Shown piece after piece: positions 39,427 to 49,742 of a stretch of DNA of 62,901 bases. Position numbers and translations under genes: made by a program. How positions within the stretch are numbered: position 1 is the stretch's first letter; the number at the start of each line of letters is the position of its first letter. Origin of the DNA: Bacteroidales bacterium (GTDB lineage: Bacteria; Bacteroidota; Bacteroidia; Bacteroidales; JAEINX01); assembly GCA_016342645.1 (NCBI GenBank), contig JAEINX010000006.1:1-62901 (forward strand), read 5' to 3'. A model generated the notes under the pieces. The model saw nothing but the letters and a program-made list of their open reading frames with translations. It was not told the origin of the DNA and did no database searches.

Positions 39427-40716
39427 TCAAAAAGCAAATTTAATTGTTTTTGGATAGCAAATAAAATATTTTGTTACCGGTTTTGACAAAACCGAAATAT
39501 TAAGTTGATCGGATGCTTCTGCAATATCAAGAATTTTTCCATCTTTAAAAAGAATTTTAATCTTACCTCCATGAGGATCGTAAGCATAGTTTGATGTGAT
39601 ATCCGAAAACACAAAATATTCAATTTCATCATCTTTGATGCTAAATTTCTTGGAAGTTTGCATTTTTATGGTTTGCAAATATTCATCCGAAAATTTCTCA
39701 TTTTGCAATTCAATTTTAAACAACCGCCGATAAACAAGGCTTTTGCTCAATTCCGACAAAATTATATCAGGATGATTACACCAAACTTTCAGAGAGGTGA
39801 AAATATCGTAATCATCAAGTTGAGAAAATTTATCAAGAAGAGTCTTATCATTTAAAAAATCGTTTTTAGTGAAATTATTTTTGAGGAATAATTTAAAAAT
39901 CGGTGTTGTAAAAAGATTTTCACCGTTTTCGCAAAGAATTTTTGCTCTTTTCAAAGCTTTCATCAACATATATTCAGATGCGAGAACGGTTTTGTGCAAA
40001 TAAACCTGCCAAAACATCAGGCGTCTTGCAATAATAAATTTCTCAATTGAATAAATCCCTTTTGCCTCAACAACAAGCTCATCATCAACAACATCAAGCA
40101 TTTCTATTATACGATCGGTACTAACAATTCCTTCGTAAACGCCTGTAAAAAAACTATCTCTTTTCAAATAATCAAGCCTATCAACATCAAGCTGGCTTGA
40201 AATTAGTTGATGAAGAAACTTTTTTTTGTAAGTATCATTAAAAATTTCGATGGCAAGACTCAATTTTCCGGAAAAAATTTCATTTAACCTGGCCATAAAA
40301 ATTTCGGAAAGGTCTTCGTGGCTCGTTTCAAAAATAATTGATTTTTCGAGAGTATGAGAATAAGGCCCATGCCCAATATCATGGAGAAGAATTGCAATTG
40401 TGGCAGCTTCGGCTTCTTTATCCGTAATTTCTTTTCCTTTCATTCGAAGAGCATTTATTGCCTGCGTCATCAAGTGCATTGCACCAATTGCGTGGTGAAA
40501 CCTTGTGTGCAAAGCTCCCGGATAAACTAAATGTGTTAAAGCAGTTTGTTTTATCCTTCTTAATCTCTGAAAATATGGATGTTCAATTATCTCAAAAACA
40601 ATATTATCAGGAATTGTAATAAAGCCGTAAACAGGGTCATTAAATATTTTTCTTTTAAAAGTCAGGCTCGAATTATTATTTTTTTTTCCGTCAGATTGTA
40701 AATACATCTCAAACAA
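39427..40716 (-). CDS. HD-domain phosphohydrolase (SAMHD1/dNTPase-like)
   Basis: DPVYG, FQRLRRIKQ, HTRFHH, LLHDIGHGP, DVDRLDYL; start codon uncertain. Confidence 0.9.
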   Translation of the reverse strand: MFEMYLQSDGKKNNNSSLTFKRKIFNDPVYGFITIPDNIVFEIIEHPYFQRLRRIKQTALTHLVYPGALHTRFHHAIGAMHLMTQAINALRMKGKEITDKEAEAATIAILLHDIGHGPYSHTLEKSIIFETSHEDLSEIFMARLNEIFSGKLSLAIEIFNDTYKKKFLHQLISSQLDVDRLDYLKRDSFFTGVYEGIVSTDRIIEMLDVVDDELVVEAKGIYSIEKFIIARRLMFWQVYLHKTVLASEYMLMKALKRAKILCENGENLFTTPIFKLFLKNNFTKNDFLNDKTLLDKFSQLDDYDIFTSLKVWCNHPDIILSELSKSLVYRRLFKIELQNEKFSDEYLQTIKMQTSKKFSIKDDEIEYFVFSDITSNYAYDPHGGKIKILFKDGKILDIAEASDQLNISVLSKPVTKYFICYPKTIKFAF

Positions 40717-40878
40717 TTTTAATATAAAATTACCGTTTTAATTGATAAATAAATCAAAGATTAAAAAAAAGCTTTTTAGTTTTTATTATTGTTAAAAAAC
40801 TATATTTCAATAATACAATTTTTTCTAAATATGGCTTTACTTTTTAATAATTAATTTTTTAAATATAATAACAAATAA

Positions 40879-42432
40879 ATGGACAATATACATATTTTAT
40901 GGGCTGATGATGAAATTGATTTACTAAAACCTCATATTATTTTTCTTGAGCAAAAAGGATATTCGGTTCAAACAGCGACAAGTGGAGACGAAGCACTTGA
41001 GTTTTTAATATCCAAAACTTTCGACATAATTTTTTTAGATGAAAACATGCCGGGCCTTTCAGGTATCGAAACTCTTATAAAGATTAAAGATACCAATCCA
41101 AATATTCCGGTTGTAATGATAACAAAAAGCGAGGAAGAAACAATCATGGAGGAGGCTATCGGATCGAAGATTTCAGATTATTTAATAAAACCTGTTAATC
41201 CGAACCAGATAGTACTTTGTTTGAAAAAAAATCTTGAAAAGAAAAAACTAATAAGTGAAAAAACTACTCATTCTTACCAGCAGGAATTTAGGAATATTGG
41301 AATGGAAATTGGCAATCAGCTTAATTATAAAGAATGGGTTGATATTTATAAGAAAATTATTAAATGGGAAATTGAGCTTGAATTATCGAACGATGAAGGT
41401 ATTAGAGAAATTCTGAGGATGCAAAAAGACGAAGCTAACCAGGTTTTTTCAAGGTTTATTGAAAAAAGATATATTGATTGGTTGAATTCATCAAGTGGCG
41501 AAAGTCCTGTTTTGTCTCATACTTTGGTCAGAGAAAAAATTCTACCACATATTTCCGATAACACTACAACCTTTGTAATTCTGATCGATAATTTAAGATA
41601 TGATCAATGGAAAGTTATTCAACCCATTATCGAAGAATATTATCATGTTGAGTCCGATGAAATATTTTTCAGCATTCTCCCAACAACAACCCAATATTCA
41701 CGAAATGCAATTTTTTCAGGTTTGATGCCTACCGAAATTGAAAAAAAATATCCTAAATATTGGAAATATGAAGAAGATGAAGGCACAAAAAACCAATATG
41801 AAAATGAATTATTGACCGAACAGTTGAAACGCTTTGGAAGAGATATTAAACACTCTTACACAAAAGTTCTTAGTCTTTCGGTTGGAAAGCGTTTGGTCGA
41901 AAACATACACAACCTAATGCAAAATCAGTTGAATTTTATTGTTTATAATTTTGTTGATATGCTTTCACATGCAAGAACCGAAATGGAAATTATTCGTGAA
42001 CTTGCCGATGATGACCCTGCATATCGTTCGCTAACTCTTTCTTGGTTTGAACATTCTCCATTATTGGAAATCATTAAATTCATAGCCTCAAAAAAAGCAA
42101 AACTTATAATTACATCCGATCATGGCTCAATTAGAGTGAATAATCCGGTAAAAATTATCGGTGATAAAAACACCAACACCAACCTAAGATATAAATGTGG
42201 CAGAAACCTTAATTTCAACAAAAAAGATGTCTTCGATATTCGTGAACCACAAAAAGCATATCTTCCTAAAAATAACGTTAGTACATCTTTCGTGTTTTGC
42301 AAAAAAAATGATTTTTTTGCTTATCCAAATAATTTTAATTATTATTCAAATTATTACAAAAACACCTTTCAACATGGTGGAGTTTCGATGGAGGAACTTA
42401 TGATTCCGATAATTTCCTTGAAAGCAAAATAA
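40879..42432 (+). CDS. porX: PorX response regulator (receiver plus PglZ/alkaline-phosphatase domain)
   Basis: LWADDEIDLLKPH, LDENMPG, IDNLRYDQW, TSDHG, TFQHGGVS. Confidence 0.9.
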   Translation: MDNIHILWADDEIDLLKPHIIFLEQKGYSVQTATSGDEALEFLISKTFDIIFLDENMPGLSGIETLIKIKDTNPNIPVVMITKSEEETIMEEAIGSKISDYLIKPVNPNQIVLCLKKNLEKKKLISEKTTHSYQQEFRNIGMEIGNQLNYKEWVDIYKKIIKWEIELELSNDEGIREILRMQKDEANQVFSRFIEKRYIDWLNSSSGESPVLSHTLVREKILPHISDNTTTFVILIDNLRYDQWKVIQPIIEEYYHVESDEIFFSILPTTTQYSRNAIFSGLMPTEIEKKYPKYWKYEEDEGTKNQYENELLTEQLKRFGRDIKHSYTKVLSLSVGKRLVENIHNLMQNQLNFIVYNFVDMLSHARTEMEIIRELADDDPAYRSLTLSWFEHSPLLEIIKFIASKKAKLIITSDHGSIRVNNPVKIIGDKNTNTNLRYKCGRNLNFNKKDVFDIREPQKAYLPKNNVSTSFVFCKKNDFFAYPNNFNYYSNYYKNTFQHGGVSMEELMIPIISLKAK

Positions 42433-42491
42433 ATTAGTTGTATTTGATTTATAGTGAGTTAATAAGCAAAAAGCCACTAATTCACTGATTT

Positions 42492-42583
42492 GAAATTGGA
42501 AATTAGGAAGAAGGACAAATTTCCAATTTCTGCGTATATTTGCATAATCCCTGCCCGACTTTGTCATTCAGGCGGCTGCAGGA
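42492..42583 (+). promoter_or_regulatory. 13-bp inverted repeat, -7 promoter box and GC-rich leader hairpin upstream of tsaE
   Basis: gaaattggaaatt (42492-42504) / aatttccaatttc (42518-42530); TATATTTG at 42535-42542; cctgc...gcagg stem. Confidence 0.5.
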
Positions 42584-42597
42584 ACAAATATAAACAC

Positions 42598-43023
42598 ATG
42601 GAGAAATTATTTGTTTGTAAATCTTTAGATGAATTAAGTCAAGTTGCTAACTTAATTCTTGAAAATTTTTCACAATATCGAGTTTTTGCCTTCTATGGAA
42701 AAATGGGAGTTGGAAAAACTACATTAATAAAGCATATTTGTAAAATATTAGATGTTGAAGATAATGTTGTAAGCCCATCGTTTTCTATTATAAACGAATA
42801 CAAAACTTTATCTAAGGAAAGTGTATTTCATTTTGATTTTTACAGAATAAAAAACCTTGTCGAAGCACTTGATATCGGCTACGAGGATTATTTTTATAGT
42901 GATTCATTTTGCTTCATTGAATGGCCCGAAAAAATCGAAGAACTTTTGCCTGAAAATTTCGTATATGTGCATATTGATATAAATGAAAATGATAATAGTC
43001 GTATAATAAAATTAAAAGATTAG
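42598..43023 (+). CDS. tsaE: tRNA t6A biosynthesis ATPase TsaE
   Basis: GKMGVGKTT, SPSFSIINEY, HFDFYR, IEWPE; ATG 42598 preferred over TTG 42490. Confidence 0.93.
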   Translation: MEKLFVCKSLDELSQVANLILENFSQYRVFAFYGKMGVGKTTLIKHICKILDVEDNVVSPSFSIINEYKTLSKESVFHFDFYRIKNLVEALDIGYEDYFYSDSFCFIEWPEKIEELLPENFVYVHIDINENDNSRIIKLKD

Positions 43024-43077
43024 GTTTAGCAAATAATTTGAAGTTAGGAAGCAATTAAATAATTTAATTCTCGTGAT

Positions 43078-44307
43078 ATGATGACTAATAGTAAGAATGA
43101 ATTTTTACATCCTTCACATTTTGAGCGATACTTACCTCAGGAAGAAATGCTTGAAACAAAGAAAAAACGCAGTGAACTTATTATAGGGCTACCTAAAGAG
43201 GCTTCTGAATTTGAGAATAGGATTTGTTTGATTCCCGATGCGGTCGGATTATTAGTTCAAAACAATCATAGAGTTTTAATAGAAACAAATGCCGGAAAGG
43301 AAGCAAATTTTTCGGATATTGAATATAGTAATGCCGGTGGAGAAATAATTCAAAATCATGAAGAAATTTTCAAAGCCGATATAATTGTTAAAGTAAATCC
43401 GCTTAGCTTGGATGAAATAAATTGCCTGAAATCAAGGCAAACAGTATTTTCTAAGCTGGAAATGCCTAACCAAAAGAAAGAATATTTTAAAAGATTAACT
43501 GAAAAAAAAACTACGGCGATTGCAAATGAATTTATTAAAGACCAAGCAGGTTCATTTCCTATTGTTCAGTCAATAAGTGAAATTGCAGGTAATTATTCCA
43601 TAATAATTGCTTCCGATTACTTAAGCAACCCTAAATTTGGCCAGGGAATATTATTAGGAGGAGTTCCCGGTATAAACCCCGCTGAAGTAATAATTTTAGG
43701 TGCCGGAACAGCCGGAGAAAATGCTGCACGAGCAGCCCTGGGATTAGGTGCATTCGTTAAAGTTTTCGATATTTCGATCTCAAAACTTAGAAAACTCCAG
43801 ACAAAATTAAATAATAAAATCTATACATCTGTTTTTCAACCAAGCATTCTAAGAAAATCTTTGAAAACCGCAGATGTCGTTATTGGAGCAATCAGATCCA
43901 AGGAAGGAAAAGCTCCAAACATTGTTTCCGAAGAAATGGTGAAAAAAATGAAATCAGGATCAATTATCATCGACCTAAGTATAGATCATGGAGGTTGCTT
44001 CGAAACTTCGGAATTAAGAACACATAAAGACCCTGCCTTTATCAAGCATAATGTTACTCATTACTGCGTTCCAAACATTTGTTCGCGAATAGCGCAAACT
44101 TCATCAATTGCTTTTAGCAACTTTCTGACTCCATTGTTAATAAACATAGGCAAAGAAGGAGGAATTAATAATTTAATTAAAACAGATTTTGGACTCAGAA
44201 ATGGAGTCTATTTATATAATGGTAAAGTTGTAAAACCTTTTATCGGCAATCAATTCAATATGCCTTTTCAAAATATTGATCTGCTTTTTGATACTTTGCC
44301 GAGTTAA
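43078..44307 (+). CDS. ald: Alanine dehydrogenase-family protein
   Basis: IGLPKE..ENR, SEIAG, LGAGTAG, IDLSIDHGGCFET, HYCVPNI. Confidence 0.75.
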   Translation: MMTNSKNEFLHPSHFERYLPQEEMLETKKKRSELIIGLPKEASEFENRICLIPDAVGLLVQNNHRVLIETNAGKEANFSDIEYSNAGGEIIQNHEEIFKADIIVKVNPLSLDEINCLKSRQTVFSKLEMPNQKKEYFKRLTEKKTTAIANEFIKDQAGSFPIVQSISEIAGNYSIIIASDYLSNPKFGQGILLGGVPGINPAEVIILGAGTAGENAARAALGLGAFVKVFDISISKLRKLQTKLNNKIYTSVFQPSILRKSLKTADVVIGAIRSKEGKAPNIVSEEMVKKMKSGSIIIDLSIDHGGCFETSELRTHKDPAFIKHNVTHYCVPNICSRIAQTSSIAFSNFLTPLLINIGKEGGINNLIKTDFGLRNGVYLYNGKVVKPFIGNQFNMPFQNIDLLFDTLPS

Positions 44308-44684
44308 TGTGTAAAAGCAAGTCAACGGTCGTGAATATTAATTAAGTAGGGGTTCGAAAAGTTTTTCCGATTTCAAGTTTTTGGCTTAAGGTTTTAATGT
44401 GGCTCATTGTTATTTCCTAAATGGATTTGACAGCAACTTGTTGGTTTTTTCGCGTTGATGAAGCATTCACTGAAAAGCAATAACTTACACTGTATTAATC
44501 AGTAAGCTATTTAAATAAAGACACAAATTTCACCAAATTACACTAATTTCATATTACTAAAACACATGAAGCTTCATTGTTTAATTAACTCATTTGGTCA
44601 AAAATAATTAGAGTAATTGCAGATTTAAAGTATTACAATAGTATATTTTTTGAATTTTTTCGGCTCAATTTCTTTAGATGCGAA

Positions 44685-46124
44685 TTATTTTTTCAACCAT
44701 GATCTTGCTTCTTTTGAAGAACATACTTTTCCTTCGTTGAAATAATTTTCATGATTTGCAATTATTTTATTTAATTTGTAGTAGTAATTCACCATTATAC
44801 CGGCAGATTGTTTTAATCCGTTTTCAGAAGTATCTCCAAGCCAATTAATTCGTTGCATTTTTGCACCATTCATCAAATGAAAATGAGCAACAGGATCGAA
44901 TGCAATATCATTTCTTTTCTTTATATTTATCAGGTAATTGGCACATAATCGCATCAATGGTTTCTGGAGAGCATTTGAAATGTCATTGTTTTCGTTCCAT
45001 TTCGTATCTAAAATGCCAAGCAATATATTTTTGATTTGTTTTGATTTTGAGAACTTCTGAAGTTTTTTTTTCTCACTTTCTGTAATTAATTCCATATAAT
45101 TTTCGGAAGGAAGATTTTTTAGCCATTCAATAAATTTGGGAATTGGTGATAGGGTGGCAAAATTTTTAAGATTTGGGAATTCTGCTAACAACTCATTTAC
45201 AACTCGTTTGATTAAAAAATTTCCAAAACTAATTCCTTTTAATCCTTTTTGAGTACTTGAAATTGAATAAAAAATTGCAGAATCAGCTATATTCGGGTCG
45301 AGCGGAGGAATATTTCTATCCAAAAGGATTTGAATACTATTTGGTATTCCATGCACAAGAGCAACTTCAATGAAAATCAAAGGGTCGTTTGGCATTTTGT
45401 TATGAAAAAACGCAAATATTCTTCTATCGGTTTGAAGCCTATGTTTTAAATCCTTCCAAGAAAATATTTCGTGAACGGCTTCATATTCCATAAGTTTTTC
45501 GAGAAGAATTGCAGGTGAATTCCATGTAATTTCCTTCAAGTCTAAAAGGTTAATATCGAAATAAGTAACTAAAAGATCCTTAATATCAGCATCAAGTTTT
45601 CTTAGCCGTGGCATTGTTGAAATTAATGGGATAAGGTCACGACGCATATCTTTCAGAAAAAGAAAACCATTGGGCAAAGTAACAAGCTGCCTTAATATTT
45701 TTACTCGTGGAGGAGCAAGAGCCTTGCTTAGTTCCAGTTCGGCATTGATTCGCTCATTTTCTCCTTTTGATGCTTTAAGAGCATTGATTTTTTCATTCAA
45801 AAGACTTGTACTAATATCAAAATCACGAGCAAGTATTCTGAGAAATTTGCTTTTGCCTTTGTCTGTCAAATTTATATAAATAATACCTAAGTGTATGATC
45901 TTTGATTTTATTGAGATTTCCCCACCTTTTTCATTTACACAATCTTCCAATAAATTTCTAAGGGTTTCTTCATCACTTTTAGGAAGATCCGGTTTAATTT
46001 TTAGGGTAGAATTTCCCGATTCATTCCATGCACTAATTATTTTATTAATGGTTTGCCTACTAATGCCTGCAATCGAGTCATCAAATTTTATATCATGCTC
46101 TTTATTTCGTGAAAATATTTTCAT
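44685..46124 (-). CDS. Malonyl-CoA decarboxylase
   Basis: LLEKLMEYEAVHEI, PLIFIEVAL, FYSISSTQKGLKGISFGNFLIKRVV, ATLSPIP, DPVAHFHLMNGA. Confidence 0.9.
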   Translation of the reverse strand: MKIFSRNKEHDIKFDDSIAGISRQTINKIISAWNESGNSTLKIKPDLPKSDEETLRNLLEDCVNEKGGEISIKSKIIHLGIIYINLTDKGKSKFLRILARDFDISTSLLNEKINALKASKGENERINAELELSKALAPPRVKILRQLVTLPNGFLFLKDMRRDLIPLISTMPRLRKLDADIKDLLVTYFDINLLDLKEITWNSPAILLEKLMEYEAVHEIFSWKDLKHRLQTDRRIFAFFHNKMPNDPLIFIEVALVHGIPNSIQILLDRNIPPLDPNIADSAIFYSISSTQKGLKGISFGNFLIKRVVNELLAEFPNLKNFATLSPIPKFIEWLKNLPSENYMELITESEKKKLQKFSKSKQIKNILLGILDTKWNENNDISNALQKPLMRLCANYLINIKKRNDIAFDPVAHFHLMNGAKMQRINWLGDTSENGLKQSAGIMVNYYYKLNKIIANHENYFNEGKVCSSKEARSWLKK

Positions 46125-46243
46125 TTATTAGGTTTCGTTCAAAAAAATATTTGTTGTTAAAGGTACAATTATTTTTAATACTCAAATAATGAAAATATCA
46201 AAATTTGGTCTTTGATTAACAAATACTCAATTTGTTTTGAACT

Positions 46244-46957
46244 TTATTGGGCATCTTTTTTCAATTTTGCCAATAAATCCTCTTTAAACGACAAACCTAT
46301 CGGTAAGGATTCTTTATCAATATAAACACAATTGCCTTCAATAAAACTAATTCGTTTTAAGGGGATTATATACGATTTATGAATTCTTGCGAAAAGATGC
46401 TCAGGTAATTCGGAGATTAAATCCTTTAAAGTTTTATTACTTATTAAGGTTTTTTCCTCAGTAAAAATCTTAACATAATCGCCGCAGGATTGAAAATACA
46501 AAATGTCATCATAATCGGTTTTATAAATCTTTTTTTCGGCTTTTATCAGCAAATAGTTTTGCTCTTTGCTACCAGCCGGCTTTAGATTTTTCTCATCCTT
46601 GAGAGTATTTAATTTTATAATTGCTTTATTTACCGCTTTCAAAAACCTGTCGAATGAGAAAGGCTTTAATAAATAATCGACAACATCAAGCTCAAAGCCC
46701 TGAACAGCATATTCGGGATAGGCTGTTGTAAAAATTACCAAAGGAGGATTATTTAATGATTTTAAAAAATTTATCCCCGAAAGCTTTGGCATGTTTATAT
46801 CCAGAAAAATAAGGTCAATGCTTTGGTTTTGCAATACTTCGATTGCTTCAATAGCGTTGCTGCAAATAGCTATTAATTCTAATTGCGGGAAATCATTAAC
46901 GTAGCTTTCGACAACTTCTCGCGACAAGGGTTCATCATCGACTATTATACATTTCAT
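46244..46957 (-). CDS. LytTR-family response regulator
   Basis: VDDEPL, FLDINMP, DYLLKP, RIHKSY. Confidence 0.93.
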   Translation of the reverse strand: MKCIIVDDEPLSREVVESYVNDFPQLELIAICSNAIEAIEVLQNQSIDLIFLDINMPKLSGINFLKSLNNPPLVIFTTAYPEYAVQGFELDVVDYLLKPFSFDRFLKAVNKAIIKLNTLKDEKNLKPAGSKEQNYLLIKAEKKIYKTDYDDILYFQSCGDYVKIFTEEKTLISNKTLKDLISELPEHLFARIHKSYIIPLKRISFIEGNCVYIDKESLPIGLSFKEDLLAKLKKDAQ

Positions 46958-46971
46958 AAGTTTATTATTGT

Positions 46972-47033
46972 TTCCCGCAGATTACGCAGATTATCACTGA
47001 AAATTCTACGTACACATACGGAATCTGCGGGAA
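46972..47033. repeat. CGCAGATT-type repeat forming a 12-bp inverted repeat between the kinase and regulator genes
   Basis: ttcccgcagattacgcagatt ... aatctgcgggaa. Confidence 0.75.
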
Positions 47034-47039
47034 TTAAGT

Positions 47040-48077
47040 TCATTTTAAATTCAAATCTAATTTCACAATAAAGTTCTCATATTTATCATAAACATCCAAA
47101 GAATAATTATCTTTATAAATCAGTTCCAGCCTCTTTTTAACATTTTCCAGCCCTATTCCTTTATAGTCGCCGGCTTCGGTTTCATCAATTTCGCCTTTAT
47201 TATTTTCCGACAGAAAAGAAATTTTATCCTCACTAATTTCTATATTTATTTTCACAAAAGATTCACCAAGCGAAGCTTTTATTCCATGTTTAAAAGCATT
47301 TTCGATGAAAGGAATAAATAGAAGCGGGGCAATTTTATAATCGGAAGCATCGCCTTTAATCAATAATTCAATTTTCGCCTTCCCATCTGATCTTATTCGC
47401 TGCAACTCCACGTAATCACTAATAATATTGAGTTCCTTGTTCAGCAAGACAAACTGCTCTGTGGTTTCATATAACATATATCTCATTATTGAGGAAAGCT
47501 TAAGAATTATTTCGGGCGTTAAGGTCGATTGTTTTAATGAAAGTGAATATATATTATTCAGGCTGTTGAACAGAAAATGAGGATTTATCTGTGCCTTTAA
47601 AGCTTTCAACTCTGTGTTTATTTTTTCTTTTTGTAGCAACATTAATTTATTCCTTGATTCCATCAAACTAAACCAGTCTTTCGATAACTTTAATAATGAA
47701 GTAAAAAGAATATAAACAACTTGAAATTTCATTATGTCAAAAAAGTCGTAATAGGAAATGAAATAATAGCCCGGAAAAACCACACCCATCAATTTATCAA
47801 GGATAAAAATATTTAAACCCGTTGAGAATAAAATATCAATGATAAATAAAATGGAAAACAAGACATATTTCTTTTTGCTGAGTAAAAGCGGAATTAATAT
47901 TAAAAGATTTAGATAAACCCCAACGATAAGGCTTACATGAAAAACTGCAGTGTATATAAAATCTATTTTAACAATTCGGCCTGTTAAAGAAAACAAATTA
48001 AGTAGTATGTAATAAGATAATGCCCAAAAAGCAAGGTGTTGAGCAATTCGAATTATGTATTTGTTTTTCACATTCAT
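47040..48077 (-). CDS. LytS-type membrane sensor histidine kinase
   Basis: LKAQINPHFLFNSLN, FIENAFKHG, GIGLENV. Confidence 0.93.
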   Translation of the reverse strand: MNVKNKYIIRIAQHLAFWALSYYILLNLFSLTGRIVKIDFIYTAVFHVSLIVGVYLNLLILIPLLLSKKKYVLFSILFIIDILFSTGLNIFILDKLMGVVFPGYYFISYYDFFDIMKFQVVYILFTSLLKLSKDWFSLMESRNKLMLLQKEKINTELKALKAQINPHFLFNSLNNIYSLSLKQSTLTPEIILKLSSIMRYMLYETTEQFVLLNKELNIISDYVELQRIRSDGKAKIELLIKGDASDYKIAPLLFIPFIENAFKHGIKASLGESFVKINIEISEDKISFLSENNKGEIDETEAGDYKGIGLENVKKRLELIYKDNYSLDVYDKYENFIVKLDLNLK

Positions 48078-48144
48078 TTCACTTTCTTATTACAAACATA
48101 ATATAAAATATTCAGAGAAGGTATTAGTTTTTTAGCTGTCATCC

Positions 48145-48304
48145 TATTCAATCATTCAACCATTCAACCATTCTCTCCTTATATCATTATAGCATTCTAT
48201 CATTATAGCATTCTCTAATTATACCATTCTCTCATTATATCATTATAGCATTACATCATTATAGCATTCAATCATTCTATCATTCTATCATTCACTCCTT
48301 CTCT
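48145..48304. repeat. 8-bp CATT-NNNN tandem array (20 variable units)
   Basis: Units such as cattcaac, cattctct, cattatag, cattctat, cattacat in strict 8-bp register. Confidence 0.9.
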
Positions 48305-48914
48305 CTATCAACTGCTTTTTCCTCTTAAGTTTAGTAGGTTCAATAAAAGCATTTTCATCATCGGCATATTTCTTTACGAAAGCCTGTAATTCTTCGGTTG
48401 AAGCAGTAAGTAAAATTTGTTCATCATTATCAAAAGGATATTTATTATCATATGGATACTTTAAAACCTCATGGGGGATTCTTATCTTATGTTGTTTAAA
48501 CAAATTTTCTATCCAGCCATAATCGAATAATGAAATCTCAGCTTCGTTTTCATTAACTGTTATCTTTCCAAAACTGTGAACATAAATTTCATGAGTTTGA
48601 AAGAAATCGTTTACATTGCAATTTACATCATCGCTATTTGGAAAAAAATCAATAAACATGTCATCGCCAAGTTTTACTAAATGAATATAAAAGTCTGACA
48701 ATATGCTATCTTCAACATAAGCAAGATTATAAGAATCATCCTCAAGCTTAGTAAAAGTCCATGTATTATTATTACCATCTTCTTCCCAATCGCCAAGCAA
48801 ATTGGAATCAAACACACAATCATCCTTTGTATATAAAGGATGTAGGGAAGGGATACAGCCTCCTATCATAAGTAATAAACCTATCACAAATGCAATTCTC
48901 TTTTTTGATTTCAT
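48288..48914 (-). CDS. Hypothetical lipoprotein
   Basis: Lipobox IGGC followed by IPSLHPLY; LLTASTEELQAFV. Confidence 0.75.
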   Translation of the reverse strand: MKSKKRIAFVIGLLLMIGGCIPSLHPLYTKDDCVFDSNLLGDWEEDGNNNTWTFTKLEDDSYNLAYVEDSILSDFYIHLVKLGDDMFIDFFPNSDDVNCNVNDFFQTHEIYVHSFGKITVNENEAEISLFDYGWIENLFKQHKIRIPHEVLKYPYDNKYPFDNDEQILLTASTEELQAFVKKYADDENAFIEPTKLKRKKQLIERRSE

Positions 48915-49040
48915 AATTTTTATTTTTAATTAATAATCGGCAAAATAACTATTGAAACCATGAAAATTCAATTTTATTCGATGAACGATATAAAAGGCAG
49001 GATGAAATATTAATTTTTAAACTTATCCTTGATTGAAATA

Positions 49041-49070
49041 AATCTGCGTTATTCTGCGAAATCTGCGGGA
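49041..49070. repeat. AATCTGCG repeat x3 (reverse complement of the 46972 repeat)
   Basis: aatctgcgttattctgcgaaatctgcggga. Confidence 0.7.
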
Positions 49071-49104
49071 GAAAAAAGTTATCTAAACAGTTCTCCAGAT
49101 TATG

Positions 49105-49578
49105 TTAAACCAGACCAAGAATTACTACATAATTTTTTCCATACTTTTTTGCACATTTCGGGCAGGTTGTGTACCACATGTACATTTTTTTTATGTTTTG
49201 ATTTTTACTTTGTGCAAATTTTTCAAAATCCTTACACCATTTACCTGTGTCTTTAAACGGCCCTTCATATACTTTTGACAAAAATTCCCCGCTGATAATT
49301 ATATTATTGGCATCCGGTATTTCCTTATCAACAGCAAGATAAACATCCATATTCCATTTCGATGTATGGTCGGATAAACAAAGCCAATCGGGAATTTCTG
49401 CATTAGCATTTTTGACTGTTTTATCAAGCTTTTTCATTACTTTTCCAAAATTCATTGGCATATAGAATAAAGTGCAGACTTTATCTTTAATGAATTTTTT
49501 GTTTTCCCATTCAAAAGTTTTTTCATCCCAGGGTGTCGGATCAAACTTTGGGCAGCATTCATCTTTGTGTGAGTTCAT
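49105..49578 (-). CDS. Conserved Cys-rich protein, possibly GyrI-like fold
   Basis: CCPKFDP..WD, KVYEGPFK, WYTTCPKCAKKYGKNYVV. Confidence 0.65.
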   Translation of the reverse strand: MNSHKDECCPKFDPTPWDEKTFEWENKKFIKDKVCTLFYMPMNFGKVMKKLDKTVKNANAEIPDWLCLSDHTSKWNMDVYLAVDKEIPDANNIIISGEFLSKVYEGPFKDTGKWCKDFEKFAQSKNQNIKKMYMWYTTCPKCAKKYGKNYVVILGLV

Positions 49579-49742
49579 AGTTTTTTGTTTTGTTATAAAA
49601 TATCATTCACAATTGAAACTATTCAAAACTACAAAAAATTTTATAATAAGAAAATGGACAAAGAACTAAAAGATATGAAATTGTTAAGTGTTATTACTAC
49701 TTTTTTTGTCTAACGCAGTTTTTTGTAATTTCCAGAGCCCGA

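Noticed and set aside
42490-42597. N-terminal extension of TsaE from TTG 42490
   Set aside because: Region contains the promoter box and hairpins; the TsaE-like sequence begins at ATG 42598
44308-44515. Possible IS-end remnant or CRISPR-leader-like sequence (aggggttcgaaaagt; gtgtaa...ttacac)
   Set aside because: Only a 6-bp inverted match; no transposase or array nearby
48145-48304. Constant-plus-variable array as a possible CRISPR
   Set aside because: Units are 8 bp with 4-bp variable parts, far too short for repeat-spacer structure; no cas genes in the window
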